DNA of 64,000 nucleotides from an uncultured Acidobacteriota bacterium (GCA_963813325.1 CAWEYM010000001.1:234523-298522); one strand, 5' to 3'; counted from the first letter of the stretch, positions 32,221 through 41,745 are shown. Notes: a model not told the origin generated them from the letters alone. Made by a program: numbers and translations.

Positions 32221-33626
32221 AGGAGGAACCCCGCGATGGTGGCCGTCATGAAGTTGGCGAGCGTCCCGGCGATCATGGCGCGCAGCCCGAGCCGCGCCAG
32301 GTCGTGGCGCCGGTTGGGAGCCAGGGACCCGATCCCGCCGATCTGCATCCCGATCGAGCTGAAGTTCGCGAACCCGCACAACGCGAAGGTCGCGATCGTG
32401 AACGCGCGCGGGTCGAGCGTGGCCTTCAGCGGCCCGAGCTGCGAGTACGCCACGAACTCGTTGAGGACCATGCGCGTCCCGAGCAGGTTGCCGATCGTCG
32501 GCGCGTCGTGCCACGGCACGCCCATGGCCCACGCGACCGGGGCGAACACCCAGCCGAAGACCTGCTGCAGGCTGAGGCCCTCCAGGCCCGTCGCGCCCAG
32601 GTACTGCGCGCCCAGCCCGCCGATCACGCCCAGCAGCGCGTTGACCAGCGCCACCAGGGCCAGGAACGAGATGAGCATCGCCCCGACGTTCAGCGCCAGG
32701 TGCAGTCCCTCGCCCGTGCCGCGGCCCGCCGCGTCGATCACGTTGACGTCGTTCTTCTCCACGTCGAGCCGGACAGTCCCCATCGTCTTGGGCGACTCCA
32801 CCTCGGGCACGAACATCTTGGCCATCATGATCGTGCCGGGCGCCGTCATGATCACCGCCGTCAGCAGGTGCTTGGCCTCGATGCCGAACAGGATGTAGGC
32901 CGCCATGATGCCGCCCGAGATGTGCGCCATCCCGGACGTCATGACCGTCATCAGCTCCGACTGCGTCATCTGCGGCAGGTAGGGCCGAATCGTCAGGGGC
33001 GCCTCGGTCTGGCCCATGAAGATGCTGGCCGCCACGTTCAGCGACTCCGCGCCGCTGGCCCGCATGACCTTGTGCATCGCCCACGCGAAGAACCGGACGA
33101 CGAACTGCATGATGCCGAAGTAGTACAGAATCGCGAACAGGGCGGCGATGAAGATGATCGTCGGCAGCACCTGGAACGCGAAGATCGTCCCGTAGCGCGC
33201 CCCGTCCGCGCCGAGCACCGCCGTCATGATCCGGGGCCACGCCTGCTTGTCGCCGAGCGGCCCGAACACGAACGCCGATCCCACGTCGGCAAACGACAGC
33301 ATCCGGGTGATCCCGGCCCCCAGCACCTGGAACACCTGCTGACCGGCGCTGGTCTTCAGCACGATCAGGGCGAACGCAATCTGCAGGCCCAGGCCCCAGG
33401 CCACGGTCTTGAGATCGATCGCCCGTCGATCGGTCGAAAAAGCATAGGCAATCGCCAGGATCATGACCGCGCCGGCCACCGGCTGCGCCTTCGGCATCCC
33501 GGCCGCCGCCAGGCCAATCGCCGCCAGCGCGAGCACCACCGCACCGCCGATGATGAACAGGTCCGTTCGCGCCCGTCGCCGCACCGGTCCGCCCGCCGGG
33601 GGCACCGTCTCAGGTGTCGCGTCCAT
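32217..33626 (-). CDS. nupC: NupC/CNT-family nucleoside transporter
   Basis: 469-aa polytopic ORF with typical CNT blocks (GTxFVFG-like FVFGPLG, IFMGQTEAPL, NEFVAY). Confidence 0.85.
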   Translation of the reverse strand: MDATPETVPPAGGPVRRRARTDLFIIGGAVVLALAAIGLAAAGMPKAQPVAGAVMILAIAYAFSTDRRAIDLKTVAWGLGLQIAFALIVLKTSAGQQVFQVLGAGITRMLSFADVGSAFVFGPLGDKQAWPRIMTAVLGADGARYGTIFAFQVLPTIIFIAALFAILYYFGIMQFVVRFFAWAMHKVMRASGAESLNVAASIFMGQTEAPLTIRPYLPQMTQSELMTVMTSGMAHISGGIMAAYILFGIEAKHLLTAVIMTAPGTIMMAKMFVPEVESPKTMGTVRLDVEKNDVNVIDAAGRGTGEGLHLALNVGAMLISFLALVALVNALLGVIGGLGAQYLGATGLEGLSLQQVFGWVFAPVAWAMGVPWHDAPTIGNLLGTRMVLNEFVAYSQLGPLKATLDPRAFTIATFALCGFANFSSIGMQIGGIGSLAPNRRHDLARLGLRAMIAGTLANFMTATIAGFLL

Positions 33627-33695
33627 TCAGGCTCCTTGATCTGTCCAGCCGCCCGCCTCCCGCCAGCCCGGTCAGCGCCCGGACCGGGTGGTCCC

Positions 33696-35000
33696 CTATG
33701 GCACCTCGCCCACCACCAGTGAACGCGGCGCGGGCGGCGACCCGCCGAGCTCGATGGCCTGCCCGGCCAGCGATGCCGCATCGACCAGGCCCCGGCCGTC
33801 CCGGTGGTACAGCTCCAGGATCGGATCCCCGGCACGGACCAGCATGCCGAGCGGGGCCACGACCGCGACCCCGACGCCCGGATCGATGCGGTCCTCGGCC
33901 GTCGCGCGACCGGCCCCCAGCGCGGCTGCCGCGCGCCCGATGAGCATCGCGTCCAGCCCCACGAGGTACCCCGCACGGGACGCGCGCACCCGCTCGCGGC
34001 CCGGCGCGAGCGCCAGCCGGCCTGGCTCCTCGACGACCCGCGCGTCGCCGCCCTGCCGGGCGACCATCATCGCGAAGCGTTCCAGCCCCGCGCCGGACGC
34101 GAGCGCCTCGTGCACTTTCCGCTCGGCCTCGGCGTGGCTGTCGGCCAGGCCAGCGAGAAGCACCAGGCGGGAGGCGAACAGGATCGAGAGCAGCGTGAGG
34201 TCCTGCGGCCCCTGGCCCTTCAAGGTCTCGATGGCCTCGATGACTTCCAGGGCGTTGCCGATCGCGCGGCCGAGCGGCGCGTCCATCCGCGTCAGCACCG
34301 CCTGGGTGTCCACGTTCGCCATCCGCCCCGCCGCGACCATCGACTGCGCCAGCTGCCGCGCGTCCTCCTCCGTCTTCATGAAGGCGCCGCGCCCCACCTT
34401 GACGTCCAGCACCAGGCCGTCGATCCCTTCTGCCAGCTTCTTGCTCATGATCGACGCGGTGATGAGCGGGATGCTCTCGACCGTGCCGGTCACGTCGCGC
34501 AGCCGGTAGAGCCGCCGGTCGGCCGGGGCGATGTCGCGCGTCTGGCCAACGATGACGAACCCGACGGAGGCCAGGGCGTCGAGGATGTCGGCCGGCGTGA
34601 AGTCCACGCGGAAGCCCGGAATCGCCTCCAGTTTGTCCAGCGTGCCGCCCGTGTGGCCGAGGCCGCGGCCCGACATCATCGGCACGATGACGCCGCACGC
34701 GGCGGCCAGCGGCGCCAGGATGAGCGACGTCTTGTCGCCCACCCCGCCGGTGCTGTGCTTGTCGATCTTCCTGCCGGGGATCCGCCGCAGGTCGAGCGTG
34801 GCGCCCGAACGGGCCATGGACTCGGTCAGCCAGGCGGTCTCCTGATCGGTCATGCCCCGGAGGACAATGGCCATCAGGAGCGCCGAGATCTGGTAATCCG
34901 GCCAGCTGCCATCGGTGACCCCGGTGACGAAGCTCTCGACTTCGTCGCGCGCCAGGGCCCCGCCGTCCCGTTTTTTCCGAATCAGGTCGACCGCGCGCAT
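33696..35000 (-). CDS. deoA: Thymidine / pyrimidine-nucleoside phosphorylase
   Basis: Blocks are DKHSTGGVGDK and SGRGLGHTGGTLDKLE. The likely start is ATG at 35000 (MRAVDLIRKKRDG); the ORF extends to 35024. Confidence 0.9.
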   Translation of the reverse strand: MRAVDLIRKKRDGGALARDEVESFVTGVTDGSWPDYQISALLMAIVLRGMTDQETAWLTESMARSGATLDLRRIPGRKIDKHSTGGVGDKTSLILAPLAAACGVIVPMMSGRGLGHTGGTLDKLEAIPGFRVDFTPADILDALASVGFVIVGQTRDIAPADRRLYRLRDVTGTVESIPLITASIMSKKLAEGIDGLVLDVKVGRGAFMKTEEDARQLAQSMVAAGRMANVDTQAVLTRMDAPLGRAIGNALEVIEAIETLKGQGPQDLTLLSILFASRLVLLAGLADSHAEAERKVHEALASGAGLERFAMMVARQGGDARVVEEPGRLALAPGRERVRASRAGYLVGLDAMLIGRAAAALGAGRATAEDRIDPGVGVAVVAPLGMLVRAGDPILELYHRDGRGLVDAASLAGQAIELGGSPPAPRSLVVGEVP

Positions 35001-35167
35001 GAGCCCCAAAGTATACCCCGCCATCGCGGGTTCGGAGATAATCGACCGATAAGCGGATCAGCCCGTACTGCGGGCTGGTTCGTTCCCTGTCTGCGGCAGC
35101 CCAGCCGCCCGACTCGGCCCTGCGCCCGGGGGTCGTCGGGGCTGCGCCGCCGGACGCCCTTGACACG

Positions 35168-37381
35168 ATGGGTGACCCGACCTCGGTTCAGATGCTGCCG
35201 CTCGACGCGGCCATGAGACTGGCCGCCTTCGCGCGGGCCTGCAAGTCCGCGGCCCGCACGGTGGGCCTCTACCCGCCGGAGCACCCATCGGTTGCGGCCG
35301 CGCTGGCATCGGTGGCCGCCGCCGCCCGCGTCGCCACCGAATCGGGCCCGCTGCGCGTCGGCGTCCTGCCCGACACGCTGGTCGTGGACGGCCGGCGCGC
35401 CGCCCAGGTCGATCAGGCCCTCGCCGAGCTCGCCGCCATCCTCCACGGCCACGTCGTCGGCCACCTCACCATCCACCCCGGCACCGGCGCGGAGGTATGG
35501 CGCCGGTTCCTGGCGCTGGTCGCCGTGCCGGCGGACCAGATGCGCGCCAGGGGCGGCCTGAAACGCGTCTGGATGGGGGAGGGCGAGGCCGGCATCGAAC
35601 TCAAGGAGATCGACTACAGCCTGCTGCTCCGGGACCGTGTCCGGGGCGACCGGGCCACGTGGGATGCGGTCGTCGCCAACTGCCTCGAAGGCGAAGCGGT
35701 CGAGATCGACGAAGCCACGCTCGACCTGATGTTGTCGATCCTCGACGATCCCTCCCGCCTGACCGACCTCAGCCACATGCTCGAGAAGCAGACCAACGAC
35801 CTCCGGAGCCCCGCTGTGCTGGCCAGCCTCTTGCGAGCCGTCGCGGAGTTCGTCGGCCGCACACAGCCCGACCGCGTCGAGCCGGTCCTGTCGGCGATGG
35901 CCGAAGCCACCGGTCAGCTCGAGCCCGGCCTGCTGCTCCCGATCGTCGGCCTCCGCCGGAGCCGCGAGCGGCCCGAGCTCGCGGGATTCGTGTCGAACCT
36001 GACCTCGCGCATGAACAACTCCACGGTCGCCCGGCTGGTCGCCCGGTCCCTGCTCGAGGGGGAAGGTGCGACGGCCCGGCTCGCAGAGGCATTCTCGGCC
36101 CTGGTCCCCAACGCGTCGCGCCGCGACACCGTCCTGGAACTGGCCCAGCAGGAGCTGACCGGCTCGGCCAAGACGCATGATCCCGGCTTCGCCGAGCTGT
36201 GGCAGCATGCCCGGGACCTGCTCGTGCGCTACTCGGACAAGGCGTACGTGGCCGAGGCGTACGCGGGCGAGCTGACCCGGGCGCACGACGAAGCGGTCGA
36301 GCTCGAGCGCCTGAACCCCAATCCGCCAGAGCGCGTCGCGGCCTGGATGGACACGGTCAACGACGCGGCCATGCGCGCGCTGGACGCGCACGTGGTCGTG
36401 GACCTGCTGGCGCTCGAACCGGACCCTATCCGCCGCAAGGACCTGGCCGACCTGGCCGTGGCACGGGTCAACGACCTGGTCATCCAGGGCGACTTCTCCA
36501 GCGCGGGCTACGTCGCGCAGGCGCTGGTCTGGCGGAACAGCCCGGGTGCGGGCGCCCAGCCCGACGCGACCGCCGGCGAGGCCCTGGCCCAGCTGCTCGG
36601 CGGGTCGCTGATGCGGCACGTGGCCACGCAGCTCGACTCGGCGAGCGACGACGCCGTGGCCGACGCGCGGCGGTTCTGCTACACACTCGGCACGGGCGTC
36701 ATCCGGCCGCTGGCCGAGGTGCTCGCCGCCGAGGAGCGACCGCGCACGCGCCAGCACCTGATCGACCTCCTGATCGGGTTCGGCGTGGACGGGCGGCAGG
36801 CGGTCGTTCGGCTGAAGCAGTCGCCCAACCCGGCGGTCCGCCGCACCGCCGTGTACCTGCTGCGCGAGTTCGGCGGCCAGGATGCGCTGCCCGAGCTCGA
36901 ATCGCTGCTGAACGACAATGAACCGCACGTCCAGCGCGAAGCGACGCGGGCCATCGCCCAGGTCGGGTCGGCGGCGGCGTACGACGTCCTGACGCGGGCG
37001 CTGTCCACCGGCAGCGAGCAGACCCGGAACGTCATCACGGGCACGATCTGGACCCTGAAGGACGACGGCGCCGCGCCGCTGCTCGGCCACATCCTCAGCC
37101 ATGTCCAGCCGAAGGGGGCGTTGCGGGCGGTGTACGAGCGGTCGCTCGATCGCCTGGGCGCCCTGGGCGGGGATCAGGCCGTCGACCTGCTCCGCGAGGC
37201 GCTGTACCGGGGCGAGTGGTGGACCCCGTTCAGGACCTCGGCCCTGCGCGCAGGCGCGGCCACCGCGCTGGCCCGGATTGGATCGGACGAGGCGGTACAG
37301 GTCCTCGAGGAGGCCTACACCCAGGGAACGGGAAGCGTGCGGCGCGCCGCTCGCGCGGCGCTGGCGAGAGTGCTACGCTGA
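35168..37381 (+). CDS. HEAT-repeat protein whose N-terminal domain is shared with the downstream HD-GYP protein
   Basis: 737-aa ORF. The C-terminal ~180 aa are PBS-lyase-type HEAT repeats (NPAVRRTAVYLLREFGGQDALPELESLLNDNEPHVQREATRAIAQVG). The N-terminal ~110 aa align to the N-terminus of 37403..38779. Confidence 0.7.
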   Translation: MGDPTSVQMLPLDAAMRLAAFARACKSAARTVGLYPPEHPSVAAALASVAAAARVATESGPLRVGVLPDTLVVDGRRAAQVDQALAELAAILHGHVVGHLTIHPGTGAEVWRRFLALVAVPADQMRARGGLKRVWMGEGEAGIELKEIDYSLLLRDRVRGDRATWDAVVANCLEGEAVEIDEATLDLMLSILDDPSRLTDLSHMLEKQTNDLRSPAVLASLLRAVAEFVGRTQPDRVEPVLSAMAEATGQLEPGLLLPIVGLRRSRERPELAGFVSNLTSRMNNSTVARLVARSLLEGEGATARLAEAFSALVPNASRRDTVLELAQQELTGSAKTHDPGFAELWQHARDLLVRYSDKAYVAEAYAGELTRAHDEAVELERLNPNPPERVAAWMDTVNDAAMRALDAHVVVDLLALEPDPIRRKDLADLAVARVNDLVIQGDFSSAGYVAQALVWRNSPGAGAQPDATAGEALAQLLGGSLMRHVATQLDSASDDAVADARRFCYTLGTGVIRPLAEVLAAEERPRTRQHLIDLLIGFGVDGRQAVVRLKQSPNPAVRRTAVYLLREFGGQDALPELESLLNDNEPHVQREATRAIAQVGSAAAYDVLTRALSTGSEQTRNVITGTIWTLKDDGAAPLLGHILSHVQPKGALRAVYERSLDRLGALGGDQAVDLLREALYRGEWWTPFRTSALRAGAATALARIGSDEAVQVLEEAYTQGTGSVRRAARAALARVLR

Positions 37382-37402
37382 GGGGAGAGGGCATCCAGCA
37401 CC

Positions 37403-38779
37403 ATGACCGAAGAGGCGCGCCACCTGCAGATGGCCGAGGACCTGCTCAAGCGGTTCGTGGCGGCCATGCGGTCCGTCCATCTCTACTCCGCGGACCACCC
37501 GCTCGTCGGGCGTGCCTTGGAGCACCTCATGGAGGCGCTCGACCGGCTCCACGCCTACGACTTCCGTGTCGTCATCGGGATCGTCGGGAACGACCTGGTG
37601 GTGGGCGCGACGCCGATCATGGGGCTCGCCGGCATCGCCGAGGCCATGCAGCGCCTGCGGGCCGCGGGGGTCGAGAAGATCACGATCGAGCGCGGGGCGG
37701 CCCTGGCCGAGATCCGCGAGCTGGTGCTGGGCCTTGGCGCGGTGCACGAATCGTCCGCGCCGCCCTTCAGCAGGATCGGACGGCACATCCGCGTCGGCCG
37801 GCTGCAGATACAACGGCGGATCGAGACGGAATTCGGCAACCACGCGAACGTCCAGCAGCTGTACGGCGACACCGTGGCCAGAGCCGAGGACCTCTGGAAC
37901 GAGACGGCCCTCGACGGGTCCCCCGATCCGGAGACCGCCCGGGGCATCGTCGAAGGCCTCGCGCAGGCGTTGGCGCAGAACCGGGCCGCCATGCTCGCGC
38001 TGACCGCGCTGCGCCGGTACGACAACTACACCTTCACCCACATGGTGAACGTCTGCATCCTGACGATGTCGCAGGCCCGGAGCCTGGGCATCGACGGGGC
38101 GCTCCTCCGGCAGTTCGGCCTGGCCGGGCTGATGCACGACATCGGGAAGATCCGCGTGCCGGCCGAGATCCTCACGAAAGGGGGGGACCTGACCGACCAG
38201 GAGTTCGGGATCATCAAGCGCCACCCGGTCGACGGCGCCGAGATCCTGCGCCGCCAGCAGGAACTGCCGCCCCTCACCGCGGCGGTCGCGCTGGAGCATC
38301 ACCTCCGCCTCGACGGCACCGGCTACCCGCGCGTCGCCACCCGGTCCGTCCTGAACATCGCCACGCAGCTCTGCACCATCGCCGACGTGTACGACGCGAT
38401 GCGGTCGAAGCGGTGCTACCAGGATGCGCAGCCGACCGAGCGGATCCTGGCCGTGCTGCAGCAGGCCGAGGGCCACCTCTTCGACCCGCACCTGGTCCGG
38501 CGGTTCTCGCAGCTCATGGGCATCTATCCGCCTGGCACGGTCGTGCGTGTGGACACGGGCGACATGGCCGTCGTCCTGCGCCCGCACGCGCCCGACCCCC
38601 GCCGGCCGACCGTGCGGGTGGTGGCGGACGCCGGCGGGGTGAGCCTCGCGGCGCCATACGACGTCGCGCTCTGGGCCCAGTTCGCCTCCGGCGCGACGCC
38701 GGCCAATGTCACTGCCGTGCTCGACCCGCAGGACATCGGCATCGACCCGTTCACCCTGCTGGACGCCCCGGCCGCCTGA
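37403..38779 (+). CDS. HD-GYP-domain c-di-GMP phosphodiesterase
   Basis: 458 aa with RBS AGGGGAGAGG. Motifs are HMVNV, GLMHDIGK and HHLRLDGTGYP. Confidence 0.85.
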   Translation: MTEEARHLQMAEDLLKRFVAAMRSVHLYSADHPLVGRALEHLMEALDRLHAYDFRVVIGIVGNDLVVGATPIMGLAGIAEAMQRLRAAGVEKITIERGAALAEIRELVLGLGAVHESSAPPFSRIGRHIRVGRLQIQRRIETEFGNHANVQQLYGDTVARAEDLWNETALDGSPDPETARGIVEGLAQALAQNRAAMLALTALRRYDNYTFTHMVNVCILTMSQARSLGIDGALLRQFGLAGLMHDIGKIRVPAEILTKGGDLTDQEFGIIKRHPVDGAEILRRQQELPPLTAAVALEHHLRLDGTGYPRVATRSVLNIATQLCTIADVYDAMRSKRCYQDAQPTERILAVLQQAEGHLFDPHLVRRFSQLMGIYPPGTVVRVDTGDMAVVLRPHAPDPRRPTVRVVADAGGVSLAAPYDVALWAQFASGATPANVTAVLDPQDIGIDPFTLLDAPAA

Positions 38780-38887
38780 CGCGGCGGCCGGCCCGGTCGT
38801 CCGCACTCCCCCGCCATCCCTGCCCCGAGGCAGGCTATACTCCCGTGACGCCCGGGCGGTGTCGTCCCCCACAAGGAGAGGTGTGCC

Positions 38888-41566
38888 ATGTCCGTGCTGC
38901 GGTCCTTCGTGCTTGCCGTTGCGGTCACCGCCGCCACTGCCGTGTCCGCGCTGGCGCAGGGCGTGCCCAGCCCGGACCAGTTCTTCGGGTTCCCCATGGG
39001 AACCGAGAAGAAACTGGCGGCGTGGGACCAGATCGTCGGGTACTTCAACGAAGTGGACCGTGCCTCGGACCGCGTCCTCGTCCAGGAACTGGGGAAGACG
39101 ACGATGGGCCGGCCCTACATCATGGCCATTGTGTCGTCCCCCGACACGCTGAAGGACCTGGCGAAATACCAGGAGGCACAGCGGAAGCTGGCCGACCCGC
39201 GGCGCACGCCGGCGGAGGAGGCCGGGCGGATCGCGCGGGAGGGCAAGGCGGTCCTGCTGATCGGGATGAACGTCCACTCGACCGAGATCGGCAACAGCCA
39301 GATGGTCAACAAGCTGCTCTACCGCCTGGCGACCGAGGACTCGCCGTGGGTCGAGCAGGTGCTGCGCAACGTCATCCTGCTGCTCATCCCGTCTGAGAAC
39401 CCGGACGGGCAGCAGATGGTCGTCGACTGGTACAACAAGACGGTCGGGACGCCGTTCGAGAACGCGCCCCTGCCGGAGCTGTACCAGAAGTACGCGGGGC
39501 ACGACGACAACCGCGATGCCTACATGCTGGCGCTGGTGGAGACGCGCTACCTGACGCGTGTGCTCTACAGGGACTGGCTGCCGGAGGTGTATCTCGACAA
39601 GCACCAGATGGGCAGCGCCCGCGCGCGCATCTTCGTGCCGCCGTTCAAGAACCCGCCGAACCCGAATGTCGATCCGATCGTGTGGAGCGAGGTCAACCTG
39701 CTCGGCCAGGCGATGGCCGCCAGGCTCGCGGAGGCCGGCAAGACCGGCGTGATCTGGGGTGAGCAGTACACGGGCTTCTGGCAGGGCGCCAACAACAACG
39801 GCCCGTGGTGGCACAACATGATCGGGCTGCTGACCGAGACGGCGAGTTCCCGGCTCGGCGGAACGCTCGACCAGGAGCGGGCCCGGCCGGCGCGGCCGGC
39901 CTCGGACACCCCGCGCGTCGCCGCGGGCGAGCGCGACCCCGACGCGCCGCTGCCGGCGCCCACCGACACGCAGTACCGCATGAACTACCTCCAGCCCTGG
40001 CTGGGCGGGCCCTGGAGCCTGGCGGACGTGGTGGACTACCAGTACACGTCGGCCCTGGGCCTGATCGAGGCCGTGGCGAACAACAAGGAGATGCTGAAGC
40101 GCAACTTCTACCTGATGAACCAGCGGACCATCGAGCGCTTCAAGCAGGGGTCGCCGTTCGCGTGGATCGTGCCGGCCGGCCAGCGTGACCCGGTCGCCAC
40201 GGCCCGTCTCCTGCAGCTGATCCAGGCGCAGGGCGGCGAGGTCCAGCGCAGCGCGCGGGATTTCACCGCCGACGGCCGGACGTACCGCGCCGGGGCCTAC
40301 GTCGTCGCGCTGGCGCAGCCGGCCGGACGCTGGATCAAGGATCTCCTCGAACCGCAGACCTACCCCGACATCCGCTGGCCCGTTCCGACCATGCCCGTCG
40401 ATCGCCCGTACGACGTCGCCGCGTGGTCGCTCGGCATGCTGATGGGCGTCGAGACAATCCTGGCCGACAAGCCGTTCGACGCCGAACTGGTGCGGGTCAC
40501 CGGCGACGTCGAGGCGCCGGCCGGCACGGTGCACGGGACCGGTCCGGTCCACGTGTTCGGCCACGAGAGCGTGGCCAGCGTCACGGCGACCAACCGCCTG
40601 CTCGCGGACGGGGCGCAGGTGAGCTGGGCGCGCGACCAGGTCGAGGTCAACGGCCGGACCTTTTCGCCGGGCGCGGTCGTCGTCCGCGGGGCGAAGGCGG
40701 CGCTCATCGAGAAGATCGCCCGGGATCTCGCGCTCGACGTCGAGGCCACGGCGCAATCTCCCGCGGGCGTCGGCCTGCTGGAGCTGAAGGCGCCGCGCGT
40801 CGCGATCTACGAGCCGTGGGGCGGCAACATGGACGCGGGGTGGACGCGCCTGATCTTCGAGCAGCACGAGTTGCCCTTCACGCAGGCGCGGCCGGCCGAC
40901 TTGAAGAAGCCCGGCCTGCTGGACCGCTTCGACGTCATCGTGTTCGCCGAGATGTCGCCGTCCCAGATCATGCGCGGCAGCCAGGCCCGCAACGTCCCGC
41001 CGGAGTACCGCGGCGGCATCGGCGACGAGGGGCTGCGGAACCTGAGGCAGTTCATCGAGGACGGGGGCGCGATCGTCACCCTGGGGAACGCGGCGCAGTT
41101 CGCGATCGAACAGCTGGGCGCGCCGGTGGAGAACGTGCTCAAGGACCTCGACCAGGACGCGTTCTTCTGCCCGGGGTCGATCCTCCGGCTCGAGGTGGAC
41201 ACCCGCCATCCGATCGGCTACGGCATGGCGTCCACCGCGGACGCGATGTTCATGAACAACGGCGGCTACCTCCCGGCGGCCGCCCTGTCGTCCACCAGGA
41301 CGGCGACCATCGCGCGCTATCCGCAGGCGTCGCTGCTGCGCAGCGGATGGATCATGGGCGAATCCCACCTGCAGGGAACGGGCGCCGTGCTCGAGACCTC
41401 GATCGGCAAGGGGCGCATCATCATGCACACCTTCCGCGTGCAGATCCGGGCCCAAAGCTGGAACACGTACCACCTGCTGTTCAACTCGATCTACTACGGC
41501 GCGGCGCCCGCATCCCGTGCGGCGTTGGCGCCGGCCAGGCCGCCGGGGACGGCCGCCGGCCGCTGA
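38888..41566 (+). CDS. Secreted M14-family metallocarboxypeptidase-like protein (large, multi-domain)
   Basis: 892 aa with AAGGAG RBS and signal peptide MSVLRSFVLAVAVTAATAVSALA. It carries the zinc motif HSTEIG, IPSENPDG, and a later H in the DKHQMG context. Confidence 0.75.
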   Translation: MSVLRSFVLAVAVTAATAVSALAQGVPSPDQFFGFPMGTEKKLAAWDQIVGYFNEVDRASDRVLVQELGKTTMGRPYIMAIVSSPDTLKDLAKYQEAQRKLADPRRTPAEEAGRIAREGKAVLLIGMNVHSTEIGNSQMVNKLLYRLATEDSPWVEQVLRNVILLLIPSENPDGQQMVVDWYNKTVGTPFENAPLPELYQKYAGHDDNRDAYMLALVETRYLTRVLYRDWLPEVYLDKHQMGSARARIFVPPFKNPPNPNVDPIVWSEVNLLGQAMAARLAEAGKTGVIWGEQYTGFWQGANNNGPWWHNMIGLLTETASSRLGGTLDQERARPARPASDTPRVAAGERDPDAPLPAPTDTQYRMNYLQPWLGGPWSLADVVDYQYTSALGLIEAVANNKEMLKRNFYLMNQRTIERFKQGSPFAWIVPAGQRDPVATARLLQLIQAQGGEVQRSARDFTADGRTYRAGAYVVALAQPAGRWIKDLLEPQTYPDIRWPVPTMPVDRPYDVAAWSLGMLMGVETILADKPFDAELVRVTGDVEAPAGTVHGTGPVHVFGHESVASVTATNRLLADGAQVSWARDQVEVNGRTFSPGAVVVRGAKAALIEKIARDLALDVEATAQSPAGVGLLELKAPRVAIYEPWGGNMDAGWTRLIFEQHELPFTQARPADLKKPGLLDRFDVIVFAEMSPSQIMRGSQARNVPPEYRGGIGDEGLRNLRQFIEDGGAIVTLGNAAQFAIEQLGAPVENVLKDLDQDAFFCPGSILRLEVDTRHPIGYGMASTADAMFMNNGGYLPAAALSSTRTATIARYPQASLLRSGWIMGESHLQGTGAVLETSIGKGRIIMHTFRVQIRAQSWNTYHLLFNSIYYGAAPASRAALAPARPPGTAAGR

Positions 41567-41578
41567 TCCGCCCCGCCC

Positions 41579-41610
41579 CGCGCGCGCATCGGCCCGGGCC
41601 GGCGCGCGCG
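41579..41610 (+). terminator. GC hairpin after the M14 peptidase gene
   Basis: CGCGCGCGC-(14 nt containing GGCCCGGGCC)-GCGCGCGCG, followed by GCGTTGCTTG. The U-tract is weak. Confidence 0.4.
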
Positions 41611-41617
41611 GCGTTGC

Positions 41618-41646
41618 TTGACAACCCCGGGGGGCTCGCCTACTGT
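41618..41646 (+). promoter_or_regulatory. Sigma-70-like promoter upstream of the M4 peptidase gene
   Basis: TTGACA-(17 nt: ACCCCGGGGGGCTCGCC)-TACTGT, about 100 nt upstream of the ATG at 41746. Confidence 0.55.
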
Positions 41647-41745
41647 CAATCGAGTTGCTCGTGCACGCACGGTCCGCGCTGATGACGGCGGCCGTGCGGC
41701 CCGCCGCGTCCCGCGCGCGGAGCGTCATGGGCCCCTGGAGACGAC

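Noticed and set aside
35160-35165. A perfect TTGACA just upstream of the HEAT-repeat gene, considered as its promoter
   Set aside because: It ends 2 nt before the annotated ATG. The hexamers 17-18 nt downstream (TCGGTT/CGGTTC) are not -10-like, even if the alternative in-frame ATG at 35192 is used.
37373-41728. A 1451-aa ORF on the minus strand, the longest ORF in the window
   Set aside because: It lies antisense to three well-supported plus-strand genes (HD-GYP, M14 peptidase, and the start of M4). Its translation is Arg/Gly/Asp/Val/Pro-rich and low in complexity, with no recognisable motifs. This is the typical stop-free shadow frame of high-GC DNA.
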